NCBI RefSeq assembly: GCF_964194155.1
Contig: NC_135880.1
Span: 216,442,001-216,506,000, forward strand
DNA: 64,000 nt
Origin: Cetorhinus maximus
Lineage: Eukaryota
Reading direction: 5' to 3'
In this document: positions 25,959-38,125 of the stretch, one piece after another
Position numbering within the stretch: the first letter of the stretch is position 1
How the letters are laid out: every line of letters starts with the position of its first letter
Translations under genes and position numbers: made by a program
The notes under the pieces: generated by a model
The model's input: only the letters and a program-made list of their open reading frames with translations
Told to the model about the DNA's origin: nothing
The model's database searches: none

Positions 25959-27171
25959 TTTAGCCCTAAACTGAACTTCAATCACCTACCTCGGCCTTTA
26001 CTGCACTGCTGCTGAAATCCTTTCATTATCTTCAGGCTTGACTTCCCCAGTGCCGTTTTGCCACCATCTTAATCATAAAGTCTTACTTATCCAAAGCTCT
26101 ACTGCCCCATCCTGTCCGTAGCTTAACTTCAGCTACACAATTTAATTTGTGCTTGCTTATTTTGTTACTCCTATCCTCACCAACTCTAATCATTCCCTTT
26201 GCCCCAACACATTCAGTTCACAATTATCATCATTTTCAAATCCCTCAATGGCTTCACTCAATTTCTCTCTCTGACACTCTACCATCCTACACTCCTGTCC
26301 TTGACCTCCCCCCCCCATCAGCCTCAGAATTGCAGCCAGGCGAGAAGCAGCCCTTAAGTGGCCATTAATTGGCCTCAGTTTGATGAGGGTGAGCAGGTCA
26401 CTCTCGGCCTCACCTGCCCCCTGTAAAATTGCAGACAGGTCAGGGGCAGGCAGGTAGGCAGCGGGAAGGCCTACCGGGGAATTTTGTGGACCACCCCTTC
26501 CCTTTGCAAACCGCTCAGCGGATGCCTGTAAATTTTTTTTCCCAATACGTGCGAAGATTGGCAGCATAAACCTGCATCTTTTTTGCAGTATGTTGATAAA
26601 TTAACACTGTAAAAGCAAATTCCAGAGATTGGTTGGCACAATGTTGTGTCATTCTAAGGCTGTGTTTGAATCCAACTTAGATTGTCTCCTCTTATTGATG
26701 GATAAAAAAAATCCTAAGTGAAACAAATTTGGAAGCCTCTTAATCCAATGGCTAACGGGAACTCACATTGTCTCTAAATACCAAACCCAGAAAAGTTTAA
26801 AGGTTAATAAGTGGAGAAGGAAAGTTCAAACTTCAGCAGGTGCTGTCCTCCAAATGTTCAGATGAGGTACATTGTAGAGGCTGAGCAGAAAGGCTTTGCT
26901 CTATATGGCTTATTTTCCAAGTATGTGAAACCCTTAGGCTTTCCAACACGAGTTGGTAGCTGATGAGTGTGTCAGTGCCTCCATGGAAAATGATCCCTAT
27001 ATAAAGCCCACATATTGGCTGAGCTGGTAGTGCTCCATGTGATACAGGAGCAAAAATAGGCAAGGGAAAAAGAATTCCCCATCGCTGACGTCAACATTAA
27101 TTGCAGAAAACTTACACATTGAGAGGGATAAGTTTAAGCAGTTTCACACAGAAAGGTAAACATCATGGATG

Positions 27172-27625
27172 ATCAACAACACTCAAGAAGCTCAACATCA
27201 TCCAGGGCAATGCAGCCTGCTTGATGCCATCCCACCACCATCTTACACATTCACTCCCTCCACCACCAGCACTCCATGGCTATAGTATGTACCAGCATCA
27301 AGCCTTCTTCAACAACATGTTCCGAACCCCGACCTCCAACATCTAGAAGATCAGGGCAACGGGCACATGAGAACACCACAACTTGCAATTGCCCCTCCAA
27401 CTCGCATCCTGACTTGGAACTATATCGCCGTTCCTTCATCATTGCTGGTTCAAAATCCTGGAACTCCCTACCTAACAGCACTGTGGGTTTACCCACACCA
27501 CATGGACTGCAGTGGATCAAAAAGACAGCTCACCACCGTCTTCTCAAGGGCAATTAGGGAGGGATAGGCAATAAATTCTGGCTGAGCTAGTGACACACAC
27601 ATCCCATGAAAGACATAAAAAAAAT
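27172..27625 (+). mobile_element. CR1-group LINE 3' fragment
   Basis: Colinear with 8025-8490. Confidence 0.85.
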
Positions 27626-28098
27626 GTTCTAACAGCTTGAATGCGAGAGGTACATCACCTTTGGAACAAAGCGTTTATACCCCAAGGCTAAGCTTTCCTA
27701 TTCAAAAATAATGCATGACAAATTCTCTTAACAACTTTTAAAATGTCAGTGCACCTTTATGTCCCTGACAATTTGACTTGAAAGGTAGGTAACCTTTGAT
27801 TATCAAGTATTAAGCGATAAACAGCTACTTTAGCAGCCAGGGAAGCAGAATCAAGAGAAATAAACTCAGGATTTCATGGCAAGGTGCATTAAATCTGAAG
27901 TGTTGATTGTTGGATAACCTCCTTTGTGCATCCATCTATGCAACTATTACTGTTCCATATCCCATAAAAGGGTTTGGATACATCTTGTAATTCTGTATTT
28001 ATTGAGCTATGGGGTCTTCTCAATCAAGGATCATGCTTAGAGAACCTCCACAACTCTTCCACACCAGCTATTGTGTTTGTCAATGCAGCGTTGCAGAG

Positions 28099-30040
28099 AT
28101 GCTGCAATTTGGAAGAAAAAGCCATTCGATCCAGCCTCGGACGACTGGTCTCACTCAGTTGAACACGTTTTTCTTCCAGGTGAATGACATTGCGGGGGAG
28201 GAGAAGGGGCATTCGATCCTTCTGTCCATGTGTAGGAGTAATTTGAAATTTGTTGGCGCTCAGTGCCACAGAATCCAAAAGGTTTGATGACTTAGTGAAC
28301 CTCAAAGAAATCATTATCAGCCCAAGCTACCAGTGACCATACAAAGATTTAAGTTCAACTCAAGAATCAGAGCTGTGGGGGAGACTGTTGCTTCTTATGT
28401 AGCAAGTCTGGGCCAATTAACTGAATACTGAGAGTTCAATCAAAGATATGCTTAGAGATCAGTTGGTGTGCGGTATAAACGAAAATTCGATTCAGAGGAG
28501 ATTGTTCGCAGAAACAAATCTCGATTTTCCGAAGACGTTCGAAATCGCTCTTGCAATGGAAGGTGCAGCGTGAGACTCAGAAGCCATTTGAGAAGCGCAA
28601 AATGGCGCCATCCTCCATGCTGGGTGGGGAGCTTCAACCAAAAAGAGTGCAAAAGTACAGAGCTTCATTCCAAAGTGGGAAGCAGCCACCGCTAGTGGGC
28701 AAATTAAAAAGGAGATCTCAGCAGCAAAAGCTTGGCATCATACTAACAGAGATGGAAGTAGACAGCCCTGTAATGAAAGACAATTTAAAAAGATTGAATG
28801 TTTCTTCTGCCATTGACATAGACACCTCATGGGAAATTATGAAGATAGAATCAGGCAGACTGTCAGGCAAAGGCAAAGACACAATGAGATAAACAGCATT
28901 GAAAAGTCTGAAGTAATAGATGCTGATATCTATTCACTATATAATTTAAAGGTAGGAAGCGGAGCCTATCTTTATAACCATGAGAGTGAATGAAAAGCCT
29001 ATCAGACCGGAGGTCGATACTGGTGCAACTACTACGGTGATTGGAGAGCATACTTTTCAATACTTGAATCAGGGAGAACATAAGCTGAATTTAGAAGAAA
29101 CTGTCAAAGAATTAAAGACTTATACAGGCGAAAGAATAGAAGTCAAGGGCTAATGCAAAGCCTTAATAAACTATAAAGTTCAAACAGAGAGGTTAGCCTT
29201 GAAGGTAGTAGCAGGCAAGGGGCCTAGTCTCCTTGGACAAAACTGGCTGAAAGAAATTAAATTGGAATGGAATGAAATTTTCCAATTAAGATCTAATGGA
29301 CTTGCACAGTTATGACAGAAATTTGCCTCAGTTTTCAAGGAAGAAGTTGGAAAAATTGAAGGGCTACAAGCAAAAATTCATGTAGATCCTGAGGCAACAC
29401 CAAGATTCATGAAGGTAAGACCTTATAAGTACCTTATGCAATGCAGGATAAGGTAGACATTGAATTGGACAGATTAGAAAAGCTGGAAGTGATACAACCA
29501 GTACAATTTTCAGAGTGGGCAGCCCCAATTGTACCTGTTCTCAAACCTGACTGAAGCATTAGAATATGTGGGGACTATAAATTAACAGTCAATAAAGTGG
29601 CAGAATTGGATAGACACCCAATACCTAAAATTGAAGATTTATACACTAAATTGGCAGGTGGTACATGAGGTTAGATTTGAGTCATGCCTACCAGCAATTG
29701 GAATTAGAGCAGGCATCCCAAAAGCTTGTGCCGTATTCCAAAGAACCATGGAAAGTTTACTACAGGGATTGCCCTATGCTGTAGTCTATCTTATCGACGT
29801 TCGTGCAACTAAAGAAATTGTCTGGAAGCTAAATTAGCACGATTTCTATCCCACTATCGAACCACCCTTCATTCAACAACAGGTGTCACACCTGCTGAAC
29901 TCTTAATGAAATGCCGTCTCCATTCGAGACTGAGCCTAATTATGCCAAACTTGGGTGGGGTGGTAGAAAGAAGGCAGGAAAATCAGAAAATGGGACATGA
30001 TTGTCACAGTCTGGGCAGAACATTTCATGTAGGAGAGAAG
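28099..30040 (+). mobile_element. Decayed Gypsy LTR-retrotransposon internal region (gag, protease, partial RT, integrase C-terminus)
   Basis: MLQFGR..PFDPASDDW (gag), EVDTGATTTV and SLLGQNWL (protease), SEWAAPIVPVLKPD.SIRICGDYKLTVN..PIPKIEDL (RT), ARFLSHYRTT..TGVTPAELLM (IN). Many stops and deletions. No LTR recognised. Confidence 0.9.
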
Positions 30041-32372
30041 CCATTTTCCCTATGACAGATGTTAGGCTAACTGGCCTACAGGGCAGAACCTTCGGCTCAG
30101 CGAGCGGGGTCGGGGCCCGCTTGCCGAGGCATAAAATGACGCACGGTGACGTCGGGCGTGCATCCCAACATCACCTCGTGCCATTTAGATTTTCAGTTTG
30201 GCTGCGCGCCCGCCAAATTGTCAAAGGCCTATTAAGGCCATTAAAAAAGCCGATAAAGCAATTAGCTCAGCTGCCTGTCCAACCTTAAGATTGGCAGGGG
30301 GCAGGCGAAGAGCCCAGGTGGCCTTTGGATTTTTCATGGAACCTCATCCACAGGCGAGATGAGGTTTCATGAACATTTTTAAAGTGTTTGAAAATTTTAA
30401 AATAAAATTGATGGGCATGTTCCAGCTCTTGTGATAGTGGAGACCGAAGCAAAACACCTGTTTAATTCGTCCGCCTACTTTCCATTATCAATTCCCCAGA
30501 CCCACTCTCTATAGGACCAACACTCACTTTGTTAACTCTTATCTTATTTAAATATCTCTAGAAACTCTTATTATCTGTCTTTATATTACTAGCTAGCTTT
30601 CTCTAATACTCTAATTTATCCCTCCTTATTCATCTTTTTGTCATTCTTTGCTGTTCTTTATATCCTTTCCAATCTTCTGACTTTCCACCTGTCTTTGCAT
30701 AATCATTTGCTTTCTCTTTAAGTTTGATGCTGTCTTTAACTTTTTTAGTTAACCACGGGTGGTGGGCCCTCCCCTTTGAATTTTTCTTTCTCATTGGAAT
30801 GTATATATTCTGTATATTCTGAAATATCCCTTTAAATATCTGTCACTGAACCTCTTTTGACACATCCCTTAACCTTGTTTGCCAGTTCACTTTAGCTCTA
30901 CTTTCATGCCCTCATAATTGCCCTTATTTAAGTTTAAAATACTAGTCTTGGATGCACTCATTTCTCCCTCAAAATGAATGTAAATCTCAATCATATTATG
31001 ATCACTGCTACCTAGGGGTGCCTTCACTAGGAGGTTATCAATTAATCCTATCTCGTTGCTCAATACCAGGTCTAATTTAGCCTGCACTCTGGGAGGCTCC
31101 AGAACGTGCTGTTCTAAGAAACTATCCTGAAAACATTCAATGAGCTCTTCATCTACGCTACCTTTGCCCATCTGATTTTTCCAGTCTGTATGTAGATTAA
31201 AATCCCCCATGATTATTGCTGTACCTTTCTGGCAAGCTCCCATTATCTCTTCTTTTATACTCTGTCCTACTGTGCAGTTAGTTAGGGAGCCTGTACACCA
31301 CTCCCATGAGTGATTTCTTGCCTTTATCTTTCCTCATCTCAGCCCAAACTGCTTCTACATCCTGAATTTAGTTCATCCCTCGCTAATGTGCTAATACCTT
31401 CATTAATTAACAGAGCCATCACCCCACCTTTTCCTAACTTCCTGTCCTTCCTAAATGGCATGTATCTTTCAATATTCAGGTCCCAATCTATGTCATCCTG
31501 TGGCCATGTCTCTGTAATGACTATCAGATCATACTTATTTATTTCTATTTGTGCTATCAGTTCATCTGTTTTTTGTTAATGCAACGTGTGTTTAGATAGA
31601 GCCTTTAGTTTTGTCCTTTTATTATTTTTGTAGCATCAAGCCTTATCTGTTGATTTACTCTTAGACTTGTACTCTCTGTCCCTTCCTGTCACAGTCTGTT
31701 TATTGTTTCCCATATTAATACCTGTCTCTCTTGCGTTGTCTCTACTCTTTGGTTTACCACATCTTCCCAAATTTGATCCCTTGCCCCCACTGTTCAGTTT
31801 AAAATCCTCTCTACTTCTCTAGTTAGGCAGCTCGCGAGGACATCAGCCCCAGCACGGTTCAGGTGTAGACCGTCCCAATGATACAGATCCCACTTTCCCC
31901 AGTACTGGTGCCAGTGCCCCACAAACTGGAACCCACTTCTCCCACATCAGTCTTTGAGCCACGCATTCATTTCTCTAATCTTATTTGTCCTATGCCAATT
32001 TGCACATGACTTGGGTAATAATCCAGAGCTGGCACCAGCACTGTAGTACCTTTGAGGTTCTGCTTCTTAATTTGGTGCCTAGCTCATCACACTGACTATG
32101 CAGAGCCTCCTTCCTCACCCTGCCTATGTCATTGGTACCTACATGGACCACAACCACTCAGATCCTCACCCTCCCACTGCAAGTTCCTCTCCAGCCCTGA
32201 GCAGATGTCCTGAACCCTGACACCGGGCAGGAAACAAAGCCGTCTGGACTCTCCCTCTTTGCTACAGAGAACAGTGTCAATTCCCCTTACTATACTGTCC
32301 CCTCCTACCACTACATTCCTTTTTGCTTCCCCCACTTGGATGGTTTCCTGTACCATGGTGCCATGGTCAGTT
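30041..32372 (-). mobile_element. CR1 LINE 5'/middle portion (ORF1 esterase, ORF2 endonuclease, start of RT)
   Basis: VVVGGDSIVRGID (SGNH esterase of ORF1), IMGDFNLH and PLGSSDHN (APE endonuclease), RPVSLTSVIGKM at 30041-30080. Confidence 0.9.
30081..30437. mobile_element. GC-rich Harbinger-type MITE half nested in the CR1
   Basis: Starts gggcagaaccttc, CpG-rich, related to 41474-42120. Confidence 0.6.
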
Positions 32373-32379
32373 TGCTATG

Positions 32380-32795
32380 CAGCAGGGATGATCCTACTTA
32401 GAGCAGAGAAGGTTAATGGGAAATTTAATAGAGGCGTTGAAAATTATGAGTGGTTATGATAGAGTAAATGAAGAGAAATTGTTTCCACTGGCAGGAAAAT
32501 AGGTAACCAGAGGACACAGATTTAAGACGATTGGAAAAAGAACAAGAGGTTAGATAAGGTGATTTTTTTTTATTCAGTCAGTTGCTATTTTTTTGGAATG
32601 TATTCCTCAAAAGGGTGGAGGAACGGATTCAATAGGAACATTCAAAGGGAAATTCAAAAAGTACTTGAAAATGAAAAATGTGCAAGGTCTATGGGGAAAG
32701 AACTGGTGAGTGGGACTAACCAGGTGGTTCTTTGCAAGAGCTGGCATAAGCATAATGGACTGAATGGTCTCCTTCTGTGCCCTCTGATTCTATGA
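32380..32795 (+). mobile_element. CR1 3' end
   Basis: LEQRRLMGNLIEALKIMSGYDRV and a tctgattctatga tail. Confidence 0.8.
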
Positions 32796-32925
32796 TAGGC
32801 TTGAGAAGGAAGCTTCATGATATCTGTACAAATTACCTGCTTCTTCATTTTAACCAAACTCCTCACCCAACTTGTTCTCATTCACACCCACAGTCACTCC
32901 ACACAGTGCATATAGGAAACCCCAA

Positions 32926-33181
32926 TGAAGTAATTGTGGTTTTGTTAAATGTTGGACTGTACCTTTAAGAATAGTCCTGTGACGTAAGATCACATGATCT
33001 GTGTAAACCAATGTGTTAGTAGCACGGGCTACCTCCACGGTCAGTGTAGAGATGGAGATGGAATTGAAAGCACACGTGTAGTTGCTGCCATCTGCATTGT
33101 AAATAAACCTAATATTTCCACTTAGAACGTTGTCTGCAGATCAACTCTATTACAAATAGGTGACTCGGCCACACTACAACA
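32926..33181 (+). repeat. 5' LTR
   Basis: tgaagtaattgtgg...cactacaaca, with an internal AATAAA. Direct repeat of 35987-36174 plus 40363-40426. Confidence 0.92.
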
Positions 33182-33184
33182 AAC

Positions 33185-33197
33185 TGGCGACAAGGAT
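33185..33197 (+). promoter_or_regulatory. Primer-binding site, likely tRNA-Ser(GCT)
   Basis: tggcgacaaggat lies 3 nt after the LTR and has one mismatch to TGGCGACGAGGAT, the complement of the tRNA-Ser(GCT) 3' end as I recall it. Confidence 0.7.
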
Positions 33198-33290
33198 AAA
33201 TCAGGATAAACCAGAATCAGTACAGTAACTCACCCAGCGATTGTAAGTATCAACGTCTGTTTAAAAGGACAGAAGATGTACTCACTCAAA

Positions 33291-34470
33291 ATCCCACAAT
33301 TTGGTAGAATCGATCCTTTTGAGCCAGCCACAGACGATTGGCCTCAGTTTATAGAACGCCTCGCATTCTTCTTTCAAGCAAACAAAATCACGGGAGAAGA
33401 GGAGGCGAGCGATCTCTTGAGCGCTTGAGAGCAAAATCTACTGTTTGATTCGAAGTTTGACAGCACCCAGCGCCCCACATTTGAAGAATTCAGAGAATTG
33501 GTTGTCCTCGTGAGGGGACGTTTTCAACCAAAGCCCTCAGTTACAATGCAGAGGTTCCGGTTGAACTTGCGAAATAGGTGAGGCAATTGCTAGCTACATA
33601 GTGAATTTGAAGCAACTAACAGAACATTGCGAGTTCAGTGAGACTCTGAACAACATGCTCAGAGATTGTTTAGTGTGTGGTGTGAAAGAAGACGCTATTC
33701 AGAGAAGATTGCTGGCTGATGTGAATCTGGATTTTAAGAAGGTGTTAGAAATAGCGCTGGCCATGGAAAGCGCTGTAAATGATTCACAAGCAAAACGTAC
33801 TCCAAATTGGGCGGGAACAGTCAGCCAAAAGGGGCGCGAAAAAGCGAGACTCCACCGTGAAGCAGGAAACAGCCCCCCGCTAACCGAAACATAAGAAGAA
33901 ATAATTTAGCAGCTAAATCGAAGAACAACTTTAATTGATGTGGAAACAATCAGCCTGTTAGCGATTGGCAGTTTAAAAAAAGTAGAATGTTATTTTTGTC
34001 ACAGAAGTGGACATGTAATGAGACAGAACAGAGAGATTTAAAAAGGCTTGCAAACAACAGAAGAAACCCAATGCATCTACAGTGTAGAAGAGCCTGAAAC
34101 AACAAATTCTGACATCTACTCATTGTTTAAAATGAAAGTTGGGGAGACAGAGCCAATATTTGTCACAGTACAAGTGAATGGTAAATCAGTAAAAATGGAA
34201 GTAGACATAGGATCTTCCACTACTGTAGAACACACTTTCAGATATTTAAATAAATTTGGAACATCTTCCAAGTTGAAAACATACACAGGCGAAGAAATCC
34301 AAGTGAAAGGTATCAGCAGAGTGACTGTCCATTATGGAAACCAATCGGCACAGCTGCCAGTGATGGTATCGAGAAGCAGAGAACCAAGTCTTCTAGGGCG
34401 AAACTGGTTAAGGGAAATCAACCTTGATTGGCCAGTGAGATTTCAAAGGAAGCTGGAAGAGTTCATGTCT
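33291..34470 (+). pseudogene. gag-protease
   Basis: PQFGRIDPFEPATDDWPQFIERL, EHCEF..MLRDCLVCGV, knuckle CYFCHRSGHVMRQ, MEVDIGSSTT, SLLGRNWL. Contains frameshifts. Confidence 0.9.
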
Positions 34471-35270
34471 TGAAAAAGGAACAAGACAAAATATGGCAGA
34501 AAGAGCCTGGAGAGTTCAAGGACCGCAACAGGGTGAAAAAGTAATGTGTGAGGACTCAACAGCCTGAAGAAACGCAGTCCCTCTCAAACAAAAACATGGA
34601 AAAACAGCAGAAGGAACTCAAGGAGACCCTAATGAATGCCAGAGTTCAAGACAAAGTGAGTAACCTTCGCAAGGAAAAGGAAAACCTGTTGATAAACCTT
34701 CAAACAAGATTCCCTCAGGTCAAAGCTTGTGCCACTGGAAGAGTACGAAGAGAAACAGAAAGAATTCAGCTTCTCTCTGAACAAACTAAAAAACCAGTTG
34801 GCAGAGAAGACACATCAATGTTCAAGTTTCCAGGAGGCAGCCATCAAATAAAAGAGACAGGAGAGCCGAAGAATCAGCTAAATAAAGTCAAAGAGACTTT
34901 GAAAACAAAAATTGGAGGGCTTTCCAAGAGTGAGCAGATAAACCAAGTTTTGGGAGACTCAGCATCTGAACTAAGACAAGTTGAGGTTTCACCTGAGTGC
35001 AGCCTGGCTGACAGCGAAGTAAAAATGAAGGACGAGACTAAATTCAGTGGTAGAGAAAAGGAAGAAGTTTCCGAAATTGCAATAAAATGGTGGCTGGTAG
35101 CATCTATAAACACTCGAAAGAGGCAATAAACAAATCATCGAACTGTGCTTACTTTGATATTATTCCAGTCTCTCACAATGGTTTACTGGATGATGATATT
35201 GAAGATAAAATCATAGAGGTACAAGTTACTTCCAAGGCCTTATCTGGAAAGAATTCTAGATGCCGTGGAC
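34470..35270 (+). pseudogene. Captured coiled-coil sequence, probably CALCOCO1/NDP52/TAX1BP1 family
   Basis: 193-aa ORF (34548-35129) with no retroelement motifs. Several colinear blocks resemble the CALCOCO1/TAX1BP1 coiled coil, compared from memory. Confidence 0.55.
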
Positions 35271-35274
35271 AAAC

Positions 35275-35900
35275 ATGAAGAAGTTAACGGGTGATTCGTT
35301 GGAGACCAAACTTGCACGATTTCTTTTCCACTACAGAATGACCCCCCACACAATGACAGGAAACGTACAGAATTGTTGATGAGATGCCCTCTTCGGACAA
35401 GACCGAGCTTAATATTTTCAAATTTGGAGGGGAAGGTGGAGAAGAGTTAAGGAAACCAAAAAGCTGCGCATGACTTGCATAGTCGTGAGAGACAATTCAC
35501 TGTTGGAGAGGCAGCATATGTGGAGAATTGCGATGGAGGACCAAAGTGGTTATCGGGTACAGTAAGTTCAGTGACCAAACCATTATCATACCATGTGGAA
35601 GTGGAAGGCTGGATCACCTGTAAGCATGTGGACCATTTAAGAAAAAGAGAGAGACCACAACAAAATATGGTTCCACTTGTAGCCATTCCTGAACCAGTGT
35701 TTCCTGTTGTAGATGCTCAACCAAGGACTGACATGTCTGATGTCTCTATCAGAGTGGAAGACATTGAACTGCAAGTGCCCACTGAGGTACCTGGTGTTCA
35801 TGCAGTCCCAGAGAATGTGGTTCCTGAAAAAGAATCTGAAGTTGTGGAGCTGTGACATTCCACAAGAATCAGGAAACCACCTGAAGGTTTGAACATGCAA
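35275..35900 (+). pseudogene. Integrase C-terminal part (no DDE core)
   Basis: MKKLTGDSLETKLARFLFHYRMTPHTMTG..RQFTVGEAAYV..GPKWLSGTV..PLSYHV..KHVDHLR. Confidence 0.88.
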
Positions 35901-35974
35901 ATTTCATGACCTGTGTAAATATTACAATGTCATGAGATAAATATACCTGTAAATTCATTACGCACAGCAAGGTT

Positions 35975-35986
35975 AAAGGGGGAGAA
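35975..35986 (+). promoter_or_regulatory. Polypurine tract
   Basis: aaagggggagaa immediately before the TG of the 3' LTR. Confidence 0.85.
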
Positions 35987-36174
35987 TGTAATAATTGTGG
36001 TTTTGTTAAATGTTGGAGTGTACCTTTAAGAATAGTCCTGTGATGTAAGATCACATGATCTGTGTAAACCAATGTATGAGCAGCGTGGGCCACCTCCACA
36101 GTCAGTGTAGAGATAGAGGTGGAATTGAAAGCACACGTGTAGTTGCTGCTGGCTGCATTGTAAATAAACCTAAT
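35987..36174 (+). repeat. 3' LTR, first part (remainder at 40363-40426)
   Basis: Matches the 5' LTR up to aaataaacctaat and resumes after the Harbinger with ttagaaagtcgtctgcagatc..ctacaaca. Confidence 0.92.
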
Positions 36175-36415
36175 GGGAGGAATTTTCCCAAATTTGCATT
36201 AAGTGCCAGCCGCAATAGCGGGTTTTCACGCTGTATTGTCCCAAACCCACCTCATTATTTATGCACTCCTGGGAAACACACAGTTTCCATGGCGGGTGGG
36301 CTCTTATTCACCCGCCCGCCATCACCCCCGCTGCATCACGCCAGGCGCCATGTTTAAAGTCCAGCTGCAAGCACACATCTCAGTGTTTCCAGCTCACCAC
36401 TGCTGCATGCAAGAC

Positions 36416-37350
36416 ATGGCCCTGAAACTGAAGAAGATTGCAGCCCCCAGGTTTAATGATGAGTCTCTTGAGCAACTTTTTGATGTCGTGGACTCCTGCC
36501 GGGATGTCCTGTACCCCGCTGTGGCCGCAGGATGGGCAGCAATGTGACCAGTCCGCAGTGGCAGGGGTGGTCAGCACCAACATCCTGCAAAAGAGGACAG
36601 CCACCCAGTGCCGCAAGAGGATGAAAGATCTCCTCTGTTCCGCCAGGGTAAGTCACTCTTTTCATCACTCTCAACTCACACACTCACAAACCCATCACAC
36701 ATCCACAGGGCTCTCACTCACTGCCAGTTCAAGGGACATCACTATTCACTCTCTCACACTCACCTTCATTGTCCTCATTCTATCCATGGGACCACTCACC
36801 ACTCACACATGCCAGGCATACTTGTCATTTGGCCTGGCAGGCATCCTGCTTACACTCTCTCCATTTCTATTCATGCAGGGCAAGCTGGCACACAACAACA
36901 GGGAGAGGTCACTTACCGGTGGCAGAATGCCCGAAATCAAGGTCCTCAAGGACTTTGAAAACAGATCCTCCAGCTGGCCGGTGAGGATCTAGACCAGTCA
37001 GGTCTGTGAGGTCGGTGCTGCTCTACCAAGTGAGGATCCAGCAGTGCAACATCCATCAGACACCAATGCCGTGAATGATGTAGGTGACTCCAAGAGTGTC
37101 TGACCCATCTGACTCCCCTCTTCCTGTGACCTCAGCAGCTCCAGCTCCACAGGCTGAGGAAGGTGTCACTGCCACACAGCAGGACCCTGAAAGCAGGCCG
37201 GGGCCCTACAAGTCTCAGCCCTCCAGAGGACGCCCACCAAGGTCATCACAGACAGGGTGTCACAGTCAGCAGGCTACCTCCACCTCTGCTGTGGATGTCC
37301 GGGGAGCACCAAGACGTAGCAGCGGGGTTAGGAAAGTTAAGGAAAATTAG
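36416..37350 (+). pseudogene. Harbinger Myb/SANT (MADF-like) DNA-binding protein
   Basis: MALKLKKIAAPRFNDESLEQL..KRTATQCRKRMKDLL. Intron gtaagt (36648) to catgcag (36878), then GKLAHNNRERSLTGG. Basic C-terminus PRRSSGVRKVK. Confidence 0.85.
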
Positions 37351-38125
37351 TTGCACAACCTGGGCACAGGTGTTGATCACCTGTAGATATTGTTCATTGT
37401 TGTCAATAAATTCCCAAGAATGTCTCCCTGCCTATGGCTCCTTGTTCTGATGAACAGTGTTCTTGTCACTCAGATGTGAAACCTTTCTGCACAAGATAAA
37501 GGCAGGTGTCTCAGTCCAGGGCCTCTTCCCTGTGCTTTGTGCAGCCTTCTGACTAAAGTGATGGTCCAGCCTCAAACTCTCTGGAAACATTACTGATGCC
37601 TGCACCTCGGTGGTTTTTGTCATTGCTGCCGGAATGTAGTCGGCAGGTGCCACAGAGTTCTCTCATACTCTCTGTGTGCTCTCAGCACCTTTAAGGCGGG
37701 GCTGGCCCCCATCTCTTTTCAGCATCTGTGACCAGTGATACTGTGCTCCAGCTCCTGAAGGGCCCAGGTGCTGAAGGCGGACAAAACATCAGAAAGTTTC
37801 ATGGCTGCATCTCAATGATATGATCCTGATCACAGAGTGCAAGTGGGTTGCCCTCGGCCAGACAGGAGTCAGACATTCTCAGAGGCTATGTGAAGATTTA
37901 TGGAGCGTCCTCACTGCATGTTGTCATCATCCTCCTGCGATCGAGTGTCTATTAGGGCCTCCACTGCGCCTCTATGACAGGAGCATTCTCACAGAGGGTA
38001 TTCGCGCTGCCATGTGGAGTCAAACATTCACAAATGTGATGTGAGGCACTATGGGGTCACCTCACTTCATGTTGTCATCACCCTCCACAAATTTAGCAGC
38101 TATGAAGGCCTCCCACGTGCCTACC

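Noticed and set aside
34548-35129. Similarity to the TANGO1/cTAGE5 coiled coil (ARVQ..S, MKDE..WLVA)
   Set aside because: Only two short blocks match. The CALCOCO-family comparison gives more colinear blocks.
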